DNA of 64,000 nucleotides from Candidatus Dojkabacteria bacterium. Its GTDB lineage: Bacteria > Patescibacteriota > Dojkabacteria > GCA-002793355. The DNA lies in the NCBI GenBank assembly GCA_030583825.1, contig CP129477.1, positions 10,259-74,258 on the forward strand, written 5' to 3'. The notes beneath the pieces were generated by a model. The model was not told the origin of the DNA. It saw only the letters and a list, made by a program, of their open reading frames with translations, and ran no database searches. The position numbers were made by a program, and so were the translations under genes. The first letter of the stretch is position 1; each line of letters opens with the position of its first letter. This document shows positions 26,606-36,922 of this stretch, piece after piece.

Positions 26606-29215
26606 ATGCAGTCCACTACGCCATTAATGCAACAATATCAGGAAATTAAGAGTGCGTATTCAGACGCAATTCTTCTCTTCCAAATGGGTGACTTTTTCGA
26701 ATGTTTTGGTGAAGATGCTGTGACAATTTCTCAAGTACTTGGCATTGTCCTTACAAAAAGAGAGAAAAAAGCAGATGCTCCACAAATGGCAGGATTTCCG
26801 CAAAAAGCACTCGACGAGTATCTTCCAAAGCTTGTTCATGCTGGTTACAAAGTTGCAGTTGCAAGGCAAATGGAACCCCCGACCGGTGGTAAAGGCATTG
26901 TAAAACGCGCAGTAACAGAAGTAATTACTCAGGGAACAATTACACAGCAGGAATCTCTGTTATCACAAGATAAAAACTACCTTGCAGCAATTGTGGTAAA
27001 TAAAAATCTTTTTGGACTTGCAATTGTTGATGTTACAACAGGAGAGCTTAAAGTGTATGAAGATAGATACGCTCCAGATAAAACGGCTGCACTTATAGAT
27101 AAAATTGCTCCGAGAGAAATTCTGCACCAACACTCGTTTAATTTGCAGCTTTCGCCTCTTTCCACAACAGTAAAACAACCTCTTTCAGATGTTTTCTTTG
27201 ATGTAAAGAAGTCTATAGAAACTGTTACATCTCATTTTAATGTCCCCAACCTTGACCCTCTTGGATTGCACGATAAGATGCTTGCAGCAATAGCAACCGG
27301 AGTTCTAATCGCGTATGTCAGCGATACTAAAAAAGTTACCCCAAAGCATATTCAAAAGATTGAACTATGGAATCCCTATAATTACCTCCTTGTTGATTCT
27401 ATTACCCAAAAGAACTTAGATATCTTTTCTAACCAAAGAACACATTCACTCAGTGGATCTCTCTTCGGAGTTATTGACAAAACAATAACCCCAATGGGAC
27501 ATAGAAAGCTATTTGAGTGGATTTCATTTCCTTTAACTGAGCAGGAAGAGATTACAAAACGTTTTGATGTTGTTTCATTTTTTATTGAAAATCAGGAGCA
27601 GATTAACACTGCAATTAGCGAACTTGAGGAAATTCACGATATTGAGCGATACGCCGGATTACTCGGCCTTGGACGAATTCATCATAGACAGCTATCAGCT
27701 CTCGCGTATAGTATTTCCCATGTTTTGACATTAAAATCTCTTCTCTCTTCCGCACAAAACGATACGCTTATTCCCCTTTTACACAGTGCTCTTGAAACGA
27801 TCGAGGACTCACCACTTAAAGAGCTGCAGTCTAAAATTTCGACAGCTCTTCCCGGGCTGGATGAAACATCCTCAACACTGTTTAAGAAAGGATTTAATGC
27901 GGAGCTTGATGAGCTTATCACACTTTCTACAGATGGCAACAAGCTTATTAAAGATATTTTCACAAGAGAAAAAGAGCAATCAGGCATTACCAACTTAAAA
28001 CTTGGATTTAATAAAGTATTCGGCTACTATTTTGAGACTTCAAGAGCTAATGAAAAGCTTATTCCATCACACTTCATAAAGAAACAAACACTTGTAAATA
28101 CTGATCGTTTTATAACGCAGGAAGTAAAGGATCTGGAAGAAAAAGTACTCCACGCGCAGGATCGCCTTGCTACAAAAGAACAAGAAGTATATGCGGCATT
28201 GGTTGCAGAACTGCAAGGATTTATTGGAAACATTCAATCTACCGCGGCGGCTGTTTCTGCAATAGATGTGTTACTTAACTTTGCTCGTGTTGCGATCACC
28301 AAAGGATATGCCCGACCTTCCTTTGTAAAAGAAGGTGAATCAATCGTCTTTACTGACGCACGCCATCCAGTAGTTAATGAGTTTGTTCCCGACTTTGTTC
28401 CAAATAGTTTGACTATCAATAAAGATAAAAACTTTATTATTCTTACAGGCCCGAACATGGGAGGTAAATCTACGTTTGTTAGACAGATTGCACTGATTCA
28501 TATTTTGGCGCAAGCAGGATCTTTTGTTCCTGCACAAGCATGTAATATTTCGATTATTGATAAGCTCTTTGCACGAATTGGCGCATCTGATGATATTGCA
28601 TCGGGGCGAAGCACATTTATGGTTGAGTTAAGCGAAGTCGCAAATATCATTCGCCATGCAACTGAAAAAAGCTTCGTTATTCTCGACGAAGTTGGCAGAG
28701 GCACCAGCACTTACGAAGGAATTGCCCTTGCTTGGGGAATTTCAGAGTATATTGCAAAGCACATAAAATGTACCACAATATTTACAACACATTTCCGCGA
28801 AATCACATTGCTTGAAAAAGAAGATACTCCGTATATCAACTTTAAGGTAAATATTAAAGAAGAAAATAATGATGTTTACTTCTTACACACCATTTCTCCT
28901 GGAGTTAGTGACAAGAGTTACGGTATTCATGTTGCAAAGTTAGTTGACCTGCCGGGGGAGATTATTAAAACAGCGCAAAAAATGCTCGATCGTTTTGAGC
29001 ATGAAAGGCCTGTTCAGCAAAAGAATCAGCCACCGGCAGATCAATTGGGAATGTTTTCACTACAAGCTCCTGTAGAGCCGCAGGAAGTCATTCCTGACAA
29101 TGTTAAGGCCTTTATGAGCGAGGTGGCTTCTCTTCAGCTTGAGACAATGACTCCTCTTGAGGCGATAAGCGTTTTGGCGTCTCTCCAGCAAAAGTTGCCT
29201 GATGTGTCCGAGTAA
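26606..29215 (+). CDS. mutS: DNA mismatch repair protein MutS.
   Basis: 869 aa. N-terminal TPLMQQYQEIK...FQMGDFFE, Walker A GPNMGGKST, and DEVGRGTSTYEG. Confidence 0.9.
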   Translation: MQSTTPLMQQYQEIKSAYSDAILLFQMGDFFECFGEDAVTISQVLGIVLTKREKKADAPQMAGFPQKALDEYLPKLVHAGYKVAVARQMEPPTGGKGIVKRAVTEVITQGTITQQESLLSQDKNYLAAIVVNKNLFGLAIVDVTTGELKVYEDRYAPDKTAALIDKIAPREILHQHSFNLQLSPLSTTVKQPLSDVFFDVKKSIETVTSHFNVPNLDPLGLHDKMLAAIATGVLIAYVSDTKKVTPKHIQKIELWNPYNYLLVDSITQKNLDIFSNQRTHSLSGSLFGVIDKTITPMGHRKLFEWISFPLTEQEEITKRFDVVSFFIENQEQINTAISELEEIHDIERYAGLLGLGRIHHRQLSALAYSISHVLTLKSLLSSAQNDTLIPLLHSALETIEDSPLKELQSKISTALPGLDETSSTLFKKGFNAELDELITLSTDGNKLIKDIFTREKEQSGITNLKLGFNKVFGYYFETSRANEKLIPSHFIKKQTLVNTDRFITQEVKDLEEKVLHAQDRLATKEQEVYAALVAELQGFIGNIQSTAAAVSAIDVLLNFARVAITKGYARPSFVKEGESIVFTDARHPVVNEFVPDFVPNSLTINKDKNFIILTGPNMGGKSTFVRQIALIHILAQAGSFVPAQACNISIIDKLFARIGASDDIASGRSTFMVELSEVANIIRHATEKSFVILDEVGRGTSTYEGIALAWGISEYIAKHIKCTTIFTTHFREITLLEKEDTPYINFKVNIKEENNDVYFLHTISPGVSDKSYGIHVAKLVDLPGEIIKTAQKMLDRFEHERPVQQKNQPPADQLGMFSLQAPVEPQEVIPDNVKAFMSEVASLQLETMTPLEAISVLASLQQKLPDVSE

Positions 29216-29873
29216 GCATATATCCTCTGCCATAAGATGAACGGATCACAACAGAGGAGCATAATTGCTTAATCAGTTGGTTCAGCCGATATACGATAAC
29301 TGCCAATGCATTTGTATTAGAAATATCTGCTTTGAGCATTAAAGCATCCGATGGCAAAAGTCTATTTGACATGAGTTGCGACATTACAGCTTCCTGCTGC
29401 TTTGTTAGCATTAACCGAAAATGAGGTCGTGATTTTTCGTAGAGTTGGCTATTTGCTAAGCACAACATATTCTGCCAACACAGTATTTCCGACGCGACTT
29501 CCTTTAAAGAAAAGAATAACTCAGCATGGCGCGTAACCCTTACAAGTAATTCATAGTATGAAAAGGGTTTTACTAAAATATCATCCACCCCCATTTGAAA
29601 AAGACCAATTCGTTTTGATAACTTTCCAGAATCAACGATAACAATTATTTTCATATTGGGAACATGACGGCGACACTGAGACACAATCTCTATGCCGGAA
29701 GACTTTAGCAGCTCGCATTCTATAAGCATCGCTGCCGGACGATGTTTCTCAACATTGCTAAGAATGCTGTGTTTGCTATGAGCAAACGTACAATACAGCC
29801 CGCTGCTTTCGAAAAAGAGCGAACAGTTGTTTTGGATTATCTTGTCCCCCACCGCAACAAGAACACTGTTCAT
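29112..29873 (-). CDS. Atypical OmpR-family response-regulator-like protein. It has a pseudo-receiver (Glu at the phospho-site region) plus a C-terminal wHTH.
   Basis: The receiver-like part has AMLIECELL (in place of DLvLLDl) and MGVDDILVKPFSYYELLVRV (aGaDDYLtKPF..eEL.aRv). The C-terminus FRLMLTKQQEAVMSQLM...NALAVIVYRLNQLI...SYGRGYML is trans_reg_C-like. It overlaps the mutS 3' end by 104 nt (convergent). Confidence 0.5.
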   Translation of the reverse strand: MNSVLVAVGDKIIQNNCSLFFESSGLYCTFAHSKHSILSNVEKHRPAAMLIECELLKSSGIEIVSQCRRHVPNMKIIVIVDSGKLSKRIGLFQMGVDDILVKPFSYYELLVRVTRHAELFFSLKEVASEILCWQNMLCLANSQLYEKSRPHFRLMLTKQQEAVMSQLMSNRLLPSDALMLKADISNTNALAVIVYRLNQLIKQLCSSVVIRSSYGRGYMLTRTHQATFAGETPKRLSPQEESLSQAEEKPPRS

Positions 29874-29937
29874 GGTTAGAAAGAGTAAAATGATTTACTC
29901 CCCCTACGTATATTATCGCTGAAAAATTATTACCAAA

Positions 29938-31218
29938 TCATGACAACTCCTTTTTTGTGGAAAAGAGTCCATAAAATAGTATGAGAATCGAAACTAAAGT
30001 ACCTATGGCAAGAGAAACCGCTCCTTTTTGAAGTATAGGAAGCGGAAATACAAATCCTACTATCGTCACAATTGTTCCTGCAATATACGCAACAAGTACA
30101 AGATTGTTGCGACCACTTAGCACAATTCGCTGTAGTAAAAAATACATTGCAGCATAACATGGCACAGGCAACACATACCACCGAAGCATTTCGCTTGTCA
30201 TAGTAATTGCATTTGTATCAAAGCTTCCTCGCGCATATAAAACTTGGGTAATAGTTCCGGCAAAAAGCCAGACAAAGAACGAAAATACTATGCCACCAGC
30301 TGTTGCAAGAAGCAAAATAAGTGTTCCATATAAGTATGAGTCTGTGTACTGTTTTTTCTTTTCCAATTGCTGAAGTTTGGGAATGGCATATGTTGTTAAC
30401 GGAATAATGAAAATCGGATTAAAAACAGCAGTTACCTTTAATGCATAATTATATGCAGAAATAAAACCGATTCCTTCACGCTCAAAAAGGAATATAAGTA
30501 AAAATCCGGGGATATTAGACATGAAGAAACTAAGCAGCAAAGGCAATACGCCAATAAATAGTTCTTTACGACTCTCAATTTTCATTGGAATAAACTGACG
30601 GAATGAAATATCTCCAATAAGCTGTTTTAAATCCGGAATCAACAGACTAATTCGGATAAGCCCTGAAACAATGAGCGCCAACCCAAACCATTGAAGTCCA
30701 AGCATTGAGGAAATACCAATACCGACTGTCAGAATAATCTGAGAAAATAAATCTTGCAGTGATGCACGATAAAATTTTTGCCGGTAATACAAATAGCTTT
30801 GTATTACTCCAGACATTCCATACAAAATAGCGGCAAATCCGCTGAGCATAAGTAATGGCAACGATAACTGTGAGTAAAGAATCTCCATAGTAAGGATAAT
30901 TCCAACAGTTACTCCTGTGAGAACCATTTGATAGAAGTGAAGAATCTTCCAAAAAAGCGATGTCGTCTTGCTGTCATCAACATTTCCAAACATTGAAACA
31001 AGTGCAGTAATAATTGTATTGTTAACAACAAATGAAAGAATTAATTCTGTCGGATATGTCAGCAAATTATATTCATCTGCCACAGAGGTAGTACCAAAAA
31101 GGTACGCCAGTACCGCATTGCGGATAAATCCAAATAACTTTGATAAGATGGCGGCCGATACAAGAATAATGACTGCTCCGGCATTTTTTCTCGAGCTCTC
31201 CAATAACTTTTGTAACAT
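29938..31218 (-). CDS. MOP-superfamily flippase (MurJ/MviN- or Wzx-like).
   Basis: 426 aa and about 12 TM helices. The N-terminus ILSKLFGFIRNAVLAYLFGTTSVADEY resembles MurJ ilSRilGfvRd..iA..fGag..tDAf. Confidence 0.5.
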   Translation of the reverse strand: MLQKLLESSRKNAGAVIILVSAAILSKLFGFIRNAVLAYLFGTTSVADEYNLLTYPTELILSFVVNNTIITALVSMFGNVDDSKTTSLFWKILHFYQMVLTGVTVGIILTMEILYSQLSLPLLMLSGFAAILYGMSGVIQSYLYYRQKFYRASLQDLFSQIILTVGIGISSMLGLQWFGLALIVSGLIRISLLIPDLKQLIGDISFRQFIPMKIESRKELFIGVLPLLLSFFMSNIPGFLLIFLFEREGIGFISAYNYALKVTAVFNPIFIIPLTTYAIPKLQQLEKKKQYTDSYLYGTLILLLATAGGIVFSFFVWLFAGTITQVLYARGSFDTNAITMTSEMLRWYVLPVPCYAAMYFLLQRIVLSGRNNLVLVAYIAGTIVTIVGFVFPLPILQKGAVSLAIGTLVSILILFYGLFSTKKELS

Positions 31219-31220
31219 AT

Positions 31221-32822
31221 TTACATTAATAGCAGATTTTGGCCCGCCATGGACGACGCAGGCTTAATTTCCATAAGCCCAAGAAGTGACACAGCTACAT
31301 CAGCAAGGATACCAGATTTTTCCATATTTAGCGCGTCGAATGCTAAACGCTCAAAATTGAGGTTATCCGAGAACTGTCCGTCTTCAAAAATGTTGGGATT
31401 ATCAACATATATAAACGGCACAAGGTTAAGTGTATGGTTTTTATCAGGCTCGCCTGTAATAGGGTTAATCATAATATCTGAATTCCCGTGATCGGCAACA
31501 ATAATTGCCCGTCCACCGACAGCAAACAGCGCCTTTAAAACAAAATAAATACATCTATCTGTTACTTCGACTGCTTGAATTGTTTGTAAGAGTTTGCCGC
31601 TGTGGCCAACCATATCCGGATTCGCATAATTAATCAGGAAAAAGTCATGCTGACGCCCCATAATCTTTTCAATAAGCTTCTCAGTAATTTTGTATGCCGA
31701 CATTTCAGGCAGCTCTGAGTAATCAAAGACATCGGGAGATTCCACCGTTCCATACTCTTCGCCTGGCGCAGGGGCTTCACGTCCACCATTAAAAAAGTAA
31801 GTGACGTGAGGATATTTTTCCGTCTCAGCAATATGAAACTGCCTATACCCTGCTTCTGATACGAGATCTGACATCGTAGAATACACTTCCTGAGGCTCAA
31901 ATACTACTTCGACAGGCAGTCCTTCTTCATAACCTGACATTGTTATAAATTTTTCAATAAAAAAGTCTCGTTTGAAGTGGGTAAACTGACCATCAGGCAT
32001 AACGAATGCTTTTGTGAGCTGCCTTGCACGGTCTTCACGAAAGTTGTAAAAAACTGCGTAATCTCCGTCACGAATAGGAGCAACCGGAAGTCCTTTGTCA
32101 TCAATCATTATTGTAGGAGTAAAAGTTTCGTCATCTTCGCCTCGGTTATATGCCTTCTCAAGAGCCGTTTCAAAATCACTTTCCTTTAGTCCATCTATAC
32201 CAAGCATAGCGTTATATGCTTTCTGAATACGATCCCATTTATTGTTTCTATCCATGGCCCAGAATCGTCCTGAAATACTAGCAATTTTCTTAAAGCCATA
32301 GCGTTCCATTCTTGCCTTAAGCTTTGAGTAATAAAATTTTGCTTCGTAACGAGGCGTATCTCGACCGTCAGTAATAACATGAATAACAGGTTCAATGCCA
32401 TGTTGCGAGCATAGCTCCATAAGTGAAAACAAATGACGAATATCGGCGTGAACGCCTGCCGCACTTAGTAGTCCAATAATATGAAGATTCTTCCCTGCTG
32501 ATTTTGCACCTTTTACAAGACGAGTTAATACATCATTTTGAAAAAATGATTTGTCAATAATTGCATCGTTAATTGTGGAAATCATCTGATAAACAATCGT
32601 GCCGGCTCCTAAGTTCAAGTGACCGACTTCGCTATTTCCTGGAACTCCCTGTGGAAGGCCGACATCTGGGCCACAAGCGCCGAGTAACATCTTTTTTTGT
32701 GCTCTTGTCCACAGACGATCAAGCGTTGGAGTTTTAGCTCGAAGTATGGCATTACCTTCATAATCTTTGCCTACAGCGAGTCCATCCATTATAATTAGGG
32801 CAGTTGGTCTCATCAAAGACAT
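31221..32822 (-). CDS. gpmI: 2,3-bisphosphoglycerate-independent phosphoglycerate mutase.
   Basis: 533 aa. N-terminal LIIMDGLAVG, metal-binding DHGN and HSGK motifs. Confidence 0.85.
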   Translation of the reverse strand: MSLMRPTALIIMDGLAVGKDYEGNAILRAKTPTLDRLWTRAQKKMLLGACGPDVGLPQGVPGNSEVGHLNLGAGTIVYQMISTINDAIIDKSFFQNDVLTRLVKGAKSAGKNLHIIGLLSAAGVHADIRHLFSLMELCSQHGIEPVIHVITDGRDTPRYEAKFYYSKLKARMERYGFKKIASISGRFWAMDRNNKWDRIQKAYNAMLGIDGLKESDFETALEKAYNRGEDDETFTPTIMIDDKGLPVAPIRDGDYAVFYNFREDRARQLTKAFVMPDGQFTHFKRDFFIEKFITMSGYEEGLPVEVVFEPQEVYSTMSDLVSEAGYRQFHIAETEKYPHVTYFFNGGREAPAPGEEYGTVESPDVFDYSELPEMSAYKITEKLIEKIMGRQHDFFLINYANPDMVGHSGKLLQTIQAVEVTDRCIYFVLKALFAVGGRAIIVADHGNSDIMINPITGEPDKNHTLNLVPFIYVDNPNIFEDGQFSDNLNFERLAFDALNMEKSGILADVAVSLLGLMEIKPASSMAGQNLLLM

Positions 32823-32831
32823 TATAACGCA

Positions 32832-33758
32832 ATGACAATACTCTCACAAATAATACAATCACTCGAGAATCGAGATACAGAAACATTGATTCAATCTGAT
32901 TTGCCAGCATTTGAAGCAGAAAAAGGCAAAGAGCTAAAAGAAATGTACGATTTATTCGCTGATAGCGACTCAGATCAAGCTATTCAAGAAGTAAAAAATC
33001 AGTTACCTGTAATTATTAAATCGCAAAGTAAACAGAAATATGGTGAAAGATCATGTATTCTCAGCTTACGACCCGGCCAAGGAGGCTTAGATGCACAGGA
33101 TTGGACAGATATACTTTTCTCAATGTATACAAAGTTTCTGCAGAAATTAGGTATTTCCTTTACCGTCCTGGAATATGTTCCCGATGATGTCGCCGGAATT
33201 ACTCATGCAGCAATACAAATAAATGGTAATGGTGCATACGAAGTATTTGCTCACGAAGAAGGTCAGCATCGTCTTGAAAGAAAATCTCCGTTTAATAACA
33301 AAGGGAAAATGCAGACTTCACATGCAATTGTAACAGTCACTCCGCTTATTCAATCACAGGACAAAATCATAGTCGCCGAAAAAGACATTGAAATAAAAAT
33401 GGCAAGATCCAGCGGGCCAGGAGGGCAAAATGTTAACAAAACTGAGACAACTGTGATACTTCGGCATACCCCCACGGGTATAGTTGTACGCAACTCTCAA
33501 ACAAGAAGCCAATTGCAAAACCGCCAGTATGCTATGATCATGCTGCAATCAGAACTTCTCAAACTGGAAGAAAAGAAGCGGGCAAATGAAATGTCCTCTT
33601 TTGCAGTGAATACAAATGAACAAACTATCCGAACATACGACTTTGAGTTGCAGCAGGTAAAAGATCACCTCTCACAATATAAGACATCAAAGCTTTCTGC
33701 TATTCTTAATGGAGAACTTGGATTTCTGCTGGTACGCAGGTTACTTTCAGCGAAATAG
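32832..33758 (+). CDS. prfB: Peptide chain release factor 2. It is contiguous, with no programmed frameshift, and has a short N-terminus.
   Basis: SPF tripeptide (ERKSPFNNKG) and GGQ (SSGPGGQNVNKTET). There is no in-frame UGA or CUU-UGA-C shift site. Confidence 0.8.
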   Translation: MTILSQIIQSLENRDTETLIQSDLPAFEAEKGKELKEMYDLFADSDSDQAIQEVKNQLPVIIKSQSKQKYGERSCILSLRPGQGGLDAQDWTDILFSMYTKFLQKLGISFTVLEYVPDDVAGITHAAIQINGNGAYEVFAHEEGQHRLERKSPFNNKGKMQTSHAIVTVTPLIQSQDKIIVAEKDIEIKMARSSGPGGQNVNKTETTVILRHTPTGIVVRNSQTRSQLQNRQYAMIMLQSELLKLEEKKRANEMSSFAVNTNEQTIRTYDFELQQVKDHLSQYKTSKLSAILNGELGFLLVRRLLSAK

Positions 33759-33788
33759 GTTGACCTTTCCCTACAGAGCTTATAGAAT

Positions 33789-34670
33789 GTGGGTATGCTT
33801 ACTGCCGAAAAAGTGTCAAAGTTATACAATGTGGGGGATGCAACAGTTCCAGTCCTCAAAAATATAAACTTTTCTCTTAATCAAGGAGATTTTGTATTTT
33901 TAACTGGGCCATCGGGTGCAGGAAAGACCACATTGATTAAACTTTTAATCTTACAAGAGTATCCAACTAAAGGAAAAATTGTATTTGAAAATGTCCCTAT
34001 TGAGAATCTGCCTAAAAAGCTTATTCCAATGTACCGTAGAACAGTTGGTGTTGTCTTTCAAGATTATAAACTTCTAGAGCATAAAACAGTTTTTGAAAAT
34101 ATTGCATTTGTACTTGAAATTCTCGACAAAAAGCAAAAAGAAGTTGCGGACACTGTTTATAAACTACTTGAACTTGTAAATTTGGACAACAAGGCTTCCC
34201 TTTTTCCAAAACAGCTTTCTGGCGGTGAAAAGCGCCGTGTGGTTATTGCACGAGCGATTGCAAATGCACCAAAACTCCTCATTGCTGACGAGCCTACCGG
34301 TGACCTCGACGACGACAATACTTATAGAATTATCGAAATTCTTCGCCGTATTAACCAGGCAGGAACAAGTATTATTATGACAACTCACAATATGGAATTA
34401 CTTGAGCGTTACCCAGATCATAAACGTTGGAGAATTGTTGCGGGAGAACTGAATACAGGAGCTTCTCAGACAGGTCACACAAGGTTTATTAGCAAATTAC
34501 AAAACCTTTTGTCAGAAGATGTCTTTAAAAAGATTTCTCTTCTCTCTCCTGACAGCGAGGCAGATATTCTCTCGCTTACTCCGTCATTTTTGAGGGATAG
34601 CTTAAAAATGAATGATAACGAAATTCATGAACTTATTGGAAAAATGAAATTACTACAATCAGAAGCATGA
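33789..34670 (+). CDS. ftsE: Cell-division ABC ATPase FtsE, with a C-terminal extension of about 65 aa.
   Basis: Walker A GPSGAGKTT, signature LSGGEKRR, Walker B LLIADEPTGDLD. Confidence 0.85.
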   Translation: MGMLTAEKVSKLYNVGDATVPVLKNINFSLNQGDFVFLTGPSGAGKTTLIKLLILQEYPTKGKIVFENVPIENLPKKLIPMYRRTVGVVFQDYKLLEHKTVFENIAFVLEILDKKQKEVADTVYKLLELVNLDNKASLFPKQLSGGEKRRVVIARAIANAPKLLIADEPTGDLDDDNTYRIIEILRRINQAGTSIIMTTHNMELLERYPDHKRWRIVAGELNTGASQTGHTRFISKLQNLLSEDVFKKISLLSPDSEADILSLTPSFLRDSLKMNDNEIHELIGKMKLLQSEA

Positions 34671-35587
34671 AATTATTAATTTCAACTACGTGGAAATATA
34701 TTCGTCGTAACCCAGGGCTTTCGCTTGCAACTATCGTTATTATTACGATTACGTTTGCAATGGGAACTCTATTGTTTATGCTTAATATGTTTGCTTCGGC
34801 AACGGTGGATTATTTACAAAGTCAACCCACAATTTCTGTGTTATACGACCCCAAAGAAAAAGAAGAAAATATTTCGGAATTCAAATCATATTTAGAGAAT
34901 CAGCCTGGTGTTGTGAATGTTGTATACAATAATTCTTCTGAAATTCAGCGTGAATATTTAAATAGCATTGGAATACCTCCAGAACAGCAAAATCAATATG
35001 CGTTCGATGGAAATCAGATGCATGTGCTCAGGTTACAACTTGAGCCGAATCAGGATTATCAAAAGTTTATTGCGCTCGTCAATGAAGAAAAAAATAACGG
35101 AGCGCTCATTGTGGACATAATTTTTGTCCAGCAGATCGTAGACAGAATTAGAGAGTTTAGCAATACAGTTCGTATTGGTGGCGGAATCATTACTCTCTTT
35201 TTAATTGTTATTTCACTGGTACTTATTTACTTAACGATTGGCTTTACAATTAATCGTTTTGCTCAAGAGATTGATATTATGCAATTGGTTGGTGCAGAAT
35301 CAAAGCTTATTATGACACCATTTATCCTGCAGGGAGCTTTCTATGGCGCAATTGCTGCACTGATTTCATATATTACGCTTGTTGTGTTCTGGGCAGCAGC
35401 TATTGCAGTACTACAAAGCAATATTCTCTTTGAATTTATACGCAATATCGTCACGGAAGTTGGACTCGGGGCTCTTTTTACTATCACTCCTTTATACTTC
35501 GTTTTTGGAGCCATTTTGGAGCTCATAGGTATATTCATAGGTGTCGTCTGTTCCTATTTTGCGACAAAGAGATATATTAAAATATAA
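34667..35587 (+). CDS. ftsX: Cell-division permease FtsX.
   Basis: 306 aa. N-terminal TM, a periplasmic domain, three C-terminal TM helices, and the motif QLVGAESKLIMTPF. It overlaps ftsE by 4 nt. Confidence 0.8.
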   Translation: MKLLISTTWKYIRRNPGLSLATIVIITITFAMGTLLFMLNMFASATVDYLQSQPTISVLYDPKEKEENISEFKSYLENQPGVVNVVYNNSSEIQREYLNSIGIPPEQQNQYAFDGNQMHVLRLQLEPNQDYQKFIALVNEEKNNGALIVDIIFVQQIVDRIREFSNTVRIGGGIITLFLIVISLVLIYLTIGFTINRFAQEIDIMQLVGAESKLIMTPFILQGAFYGAIAALISYITLVVFWAAAIAVLQSNILFEFIRNIVTEVGLGALFTITPLYFVFGAILELIGIFIGVVCSYFATKRYIKI

Positions 35588-35590
35588 TTA

Positions 35591-36904
35591 ATGCATATGA
35601 CACAGAAAAAAAGCCTCTATTTTTCTATTGCCGTTGCACTCTCAATTCTTTTTATTGCCCTCATGCCTGCAGTCTCTGCAAGCCTTTGTCCGTCAGGATA
35701 CACCGACAAGCAATGTTACGACTATTTATTGAAAAAACAGAACGATCTCAATAGCCAAAAGAAAAATGTTGATAATTCTTTAAAGAATGTTCGTATTCAG
35801 GAAGGAGATATTCAAGCACAGATTAATCAGCTGGAAGCACAAATCAAACAGCGTGAAATCGAAATCACCGAAAAGCAGGTTCAAATGGAACTTACTAATA
35901 TCGAAATTCGAAACGTTGGTAATGAGATTACCTCCACCCAAACAAGAATTGATACACTGAAGCAAGAAGCACAAAAATCAGTTGAACAAATCAACACAAC
36001 TTCGATGCTAACTTATAAGGTCAGCGCTGTGCCGACATGGTACTTCTTTGCAAATAATGATCTTATTACAGCACTCGAAATGATGCGGTACATGGACTAC
36101 ATTATTAAAGAAGAAAAATCCCGCTTGAATCACTTTAACCAATTGCAATCTCAACTTGCTTCTCAGGAGCAAATTCTAACAACAGCACAAAGTGAAATTA
36201 TTGATAAGCGTAACGAACTTGAAAAGGCAAACTTGGAACTATTGAAGCTAAATAATGAATTAAAAGCTGATTCAGAAAAGAAAGCAAAACTTCTTGCAGA
36301 GCTTGAAGCAATGGAAAGACAATTAGAAGCACAAAAAGCTGAGCTTCAGAAAAAGCAAAACCAGTATGATGCTGAATCTACAGCAATTGCCATTCGGTTA
36401 TTCCAAGAAGGTCGTCTTGGTGCAGGTGCACCGGTCAGCAAGGGTGATATCATTGGATTTCAAGGACACACAGGCTGTGCGTTCGGATCTCACCTTCACT
36501 TTGGAATCATTAAAGGAAAAGGATTTACCTATATTCGAGCAAATGTTAATCCGTTTACCGCCGGATATCTTAGTCAAAGCGGCAGCTATATTTCGTCTGG
36601 GTCAGGACAAGCACCTGTTGCAGGCGCGCTTATGACACAAAGCTTCCACGAAGGATACGCACTCGATATGTTAAGCACAACACAAGGAAATCAAACCGGC
36701 CAACGATATTTGATCCGACCGGGTGATGTAAAATGTTCTCCATCGTATGGCCCTGCATATCATGGACTGAGAGGAGAAGGCGCACCAGTACGCGCAATGC
36801 TTTCTGGTACAATATATAGAGGCAATGTAGATAAGTGGGGATCAAACTATATCATTATTGATCATGGGAACGATCTGCTAACATTCTACTTCCACCTAAA
36901 ATAA
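35591..36904 (+). CDS. Coiled-coil plus M23 (LytM) metallopeptidase, EnvC/PcsB-like partner of FtsEX. The M23 motif order appears circularly permuted.
   Basis: A signal/TM region, about 250 aa of coiled coil, then GDIIGFQGHTGCAFGSHLHFGI (the HxH motif normally last). After that come FHEGYALDM and NYIIIDHGNDLLTFYFHL (motifs normally first and middle). Confidence 0.7.
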   Translation: MHMTQKKSLYFSIAVALSILFIALMPAVSASLCPSGYTDKQCYDYLLKKQNDLNSQKKNVDNSLKNVRIQEGDIQAQINQLEAQIKQREIEITEKQVQMELTNIEIRNVGNEITSTQTRIDTLKQEAQKSVEQINTTSMLTYKVSAVPTWYFFANNDLITALEMMRYMDYIIKEEKSRLNHFNQLQSQLASQEQILTTAQSEIIDKRNELEKANLELLKLNNELKADSEKKAKLLAELEAMERQLEAQKAELQKKQNQYDAESTAIAIRLFQEGRLGAGAPVSKGDIIGFQGHTGCAFGSHLHFGIIKGKGFTYIRANVNPFTAGYLSQSGSYISSGSGQAPVAGALMTQSFHEGYALDMLSTTQGNQTGQRYLIRPGDVKCSPSYGPAYHGLRGEGAPVRAMLSGTIYRGNVDKWGSNYIIIDHGNDLLTFYFHLK

Positions 36905-36922
36905 TTTTAATTCTTCGTTCCA

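Noticed and set aside
29112-29215. 104-nt convergent overlap of mutS and the atypical regulator, considered as a frameshift or pseudogene signal.
   Set aside because: Both reading frames are intact with conserved domains up to their stops. Long convergent overlaps occur in compact genomes. I see no evidence of disruption.
32832-33100. Possible programmed +1 frameshift in prfB.
   Set aside because: The ORF is contiguous from its Met through the conserved QGG/SPF/GGQ regions. There is no in-frame UGA and no CUU-UGA-C context. RF2 is simply short at the N-terminus.
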